DNA of 64,000 nucleotides from Alphaproteobacteria bacterium UBA1185 (GTDB lineage Bacteria; Pseudomonadota; Alphaproteobacteria; Rs-D84): NCBI GenBank assembly GCA_002310415.1, contig DBYN01000006.1, positions 219,249 to 283,248 of the forward strand, read 5' to 3'. Shown piece by piece: positions 62,752 to 64,000 of this stretch (position 1 is its first letter; each line of letters starts with the position of its first letter). The notes under the pieces were generated by a model. It saw only the letters and a program-made list of their open reading frames with translations, ran no database searches and was not told where the DNA came from. The position numbers and the translations under genes were made by a program.

Positions 62752-63765
62752 ATGGCACATCAATTCTTTTTTAATACGTATATTCTTGATAATTTACCTG
62801 CACCAGAAAAAGGGTTTGATGTTGTCCAAGATTTATCTGAACCACGTTTGCGTATGTATATTACGCAACGTGGTGTAAAAAGTTTTTTTGTTCGTAAACG
62901 TATTAACGGTGTAGACAAAAGAATTATCATTGGCAAATATCCAGATATAGATATTGAAGAAGCGCGTGGCAAAGTAAATGATGTTTTGAATGATGCTTGT
63001 AAAAAAGTATCTATGCACAGAAAAAAAATCACTTTTAAAGATTTTGTTGATATATACATAGACAACAAGGTACGTAGAAGTGAAGATTCTTTGATGAAAT
63101 TAAAACGTGCTATGCGTTTACATTTCTCAGATTTACAGGAAAAGAATATTCAAGATTTAACAGTTAATGATTTAACAAATGTGTTGAATAAAATTTCTGG
63201 TCGGGCAATGGCTGCAAGAATGCAAGAATTAATGCAAAGTATTTTTAATTATGCTGTGGTTGCTGGATATATTAAAACAAATCTGACAGATGATATACCA
63301 AAAATTATTGTTGAAAGACGTGAAAGAAAATTAAAAAAATCTGGTTTGCAAAGGTTGGTTGCATCTATTAATAAAGAAAAGAATTTAAATTTACGTTCTG
63401 CTTTTTTGATGCTGATTTATGGATTTGCGCCAAAAACAAAGATTTTTAAAATGCGCTGGGATGATTTAGATTTTAATCATGATGTTTGGGGTGATATGCC
63501 ATTATCAGACAAGGCGATTTTATTATTGCAAGATTTGCCCCAAGATGGTGAATGGGTTTTTACTGGAATTGGACGTTCGCATTTAACGGACCCGCGTGTT
63601 GCGTGGAAACGTGTTGTTGCTGGGGCAGGCATGCCTGATTTAACGATGGATGATGTTCATAAATTTTTAATGCGGTCATTGGTTTGGAATCCGTCCAAAG
63701 ACAAATTACGCGATAATATGAATGATTTATTGGCAGATTTATTGGTTCCCACTATAAATTCTTGA
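62752..63765 (+). CDS. tyrosine-recombinase-like protein with N-terminal arm-type (DUF4102-like) domain but degenerate/truncated catalytic domain
   Basis: The N-terminus LPAPEKGFDVVQDLSEPRLRMYITQRGVKSFFVRKRINGVDKRIIIGKYPDIDIEEARGK resembles the P4-type integrase arm-binding domain. A SAM-like core-binding region follows. The catalytic region lacks the expected Arg (LIYGFAPKTKIFKMRWDDLD), the HxLRxT box (DDVHKFLMRS) and any C-terminal Tyr box. Confidence 0.6.
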   Translation: MAHQFFFNTYILDNLPAPEKGFDVVQDLSEPRLRMYITQRGVKSFFVRKRINGVDKRIIIGKYPDIDIEEARGKVNDVLNDACKKVSMHRKKITFKDFVDIYIDNKVRRSEDSLMKLKRAMRLHFSDLQEKNIQDLTVNDLTNVLNKISGRAMAARMQELMQSIFNYAVVAGYIKTNLTDDIPKIIVERRERKLKKSGLQRLVASINKEKNLNLRSAFLMLIYGFAPKTKIFKMRWDDLDFNHDVWGDMPLSDKAILLLQDLPQDGEWVFTGIGRSHLTDPRVAWKRVVAGAGMPDLTMDDVHKFLMRSLVWNPSKDKLRDNMNDLLADLLVPTINS

Positions 63766-63853
63766 CACTTGGGTCTTAAAATGATATTTTATAAGGCAAG
63801 TCGCCTGTGTGGTAACAGTGGGCTGATATTTTAACTTAAACAAAGGATAAAAA

Positions 63854-64000
63854 ATGACAACTTTTGATAAAGTGAAGAAAATTGTTTGTGAAAAATTGGG
63901 TGTAGATGAATCCAAAGTTACAGAAAACGCTGCTATTATTAACGATTTAGGTGCAGATTCTTTGGATACTGTTGAATTTGTTATGGAAGTTGAAAAAGAA
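63854..64000 (+). CDS. acpP: acyl carrier protein, N-terminal part (3' end outside window)
   Basis: ATG 63854 is preceded by [27 protein letters not shown]...[19 protein letters not shown] carries the DSLD phosphopantetheine attachment motif. It is absent from the ORF track because no stop lies within the window. Confidence 0.9.
   Translation, partial: MTTFDKVKKIVCEKLGVDESKVTENAAIINDLGADSLDTVEFVMEVEKE

Noticed and set aside
1-64000. Looked for CRISPR arrays, rRNA, IS elements or transposases, prophage blocks, SRP RNA, tmRNA and RNase P RNA.
   Set aside because: By eye I saw no regularly spaced direct repeats, no transposase-like ORFs and no conserved RNA motifs. All intergenic spacers are under 300 bp.

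Overview
AT-rich, gene-dense chromosomal window with about 70 CDS, 2 tRNAs and several clear rho-independent terminators. I saw no rRNA, CRISPR array, transposase or IS element. The housekeeping genes look like a reduced alphaproteobacterial genome, possibly Rickettsiales- or Holosporales-like; that placement is inference from protein motifs by eye. Recognised housekeeping genes: sufT-like/sufE, ftsL-like/ftsI, recJ, nrnA-like, lolA, tatB-like/tatC, miaB, gatCAB, ruvX, sufBC, rpsT, plsY, dprA, dnaA, dnaJ, parE, pgsA, uvrC, rluC-like, asmA-like, dnaN, ppa, efp, class II aldolase, tolB, plsC, ftsEX, rbfA, lepA, acpP. Classic operons are fragmented: suf is split, tolB lacks pal/tolQRA, and dnaJ lacks dnaK. 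Envelope and secretion genes with no housekeeping explanation sit between these. (1) A TbpB/fHbp-like surface lipoprotein lies next to a Slam-like (TPR + DUF560-type barrel) outer-membrane protein (9.1-12.1 kb). (2) A TcpQ/PilL-like protein and a PilN/TcpC-type lipoprotein secretin have no pilus assembly genes nearby and are followed by a 28-Cys secreted protein with furin/TNFR-like repeats (26.3-30.3 kb). (3) A two-module lectin/tail-fibre-like secreted protein has its start codon separated from its signal peptide by a perfect (AC)12 tract, a candidate phase-variation switch (35.7 kb). (4) An RHH antitoxin-like gene plus a 293-aa unknown gene sit behind a near-consensus promoter overlapped by a palindrome (52.1-53.3 kb). 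(5) A two-member family of secreted proteins shares conserved termini (32.4 and 58.9 kb). (6) There are also solitary type IV pilin and VirB2/TrbC-like genes, an ankyrin protein, small beta-barrel OMPs, an autotransporter-like protein and an integrase-like ORF lacking catalytic residues. All family assignments come from motif recognition by eye. No database search was run.
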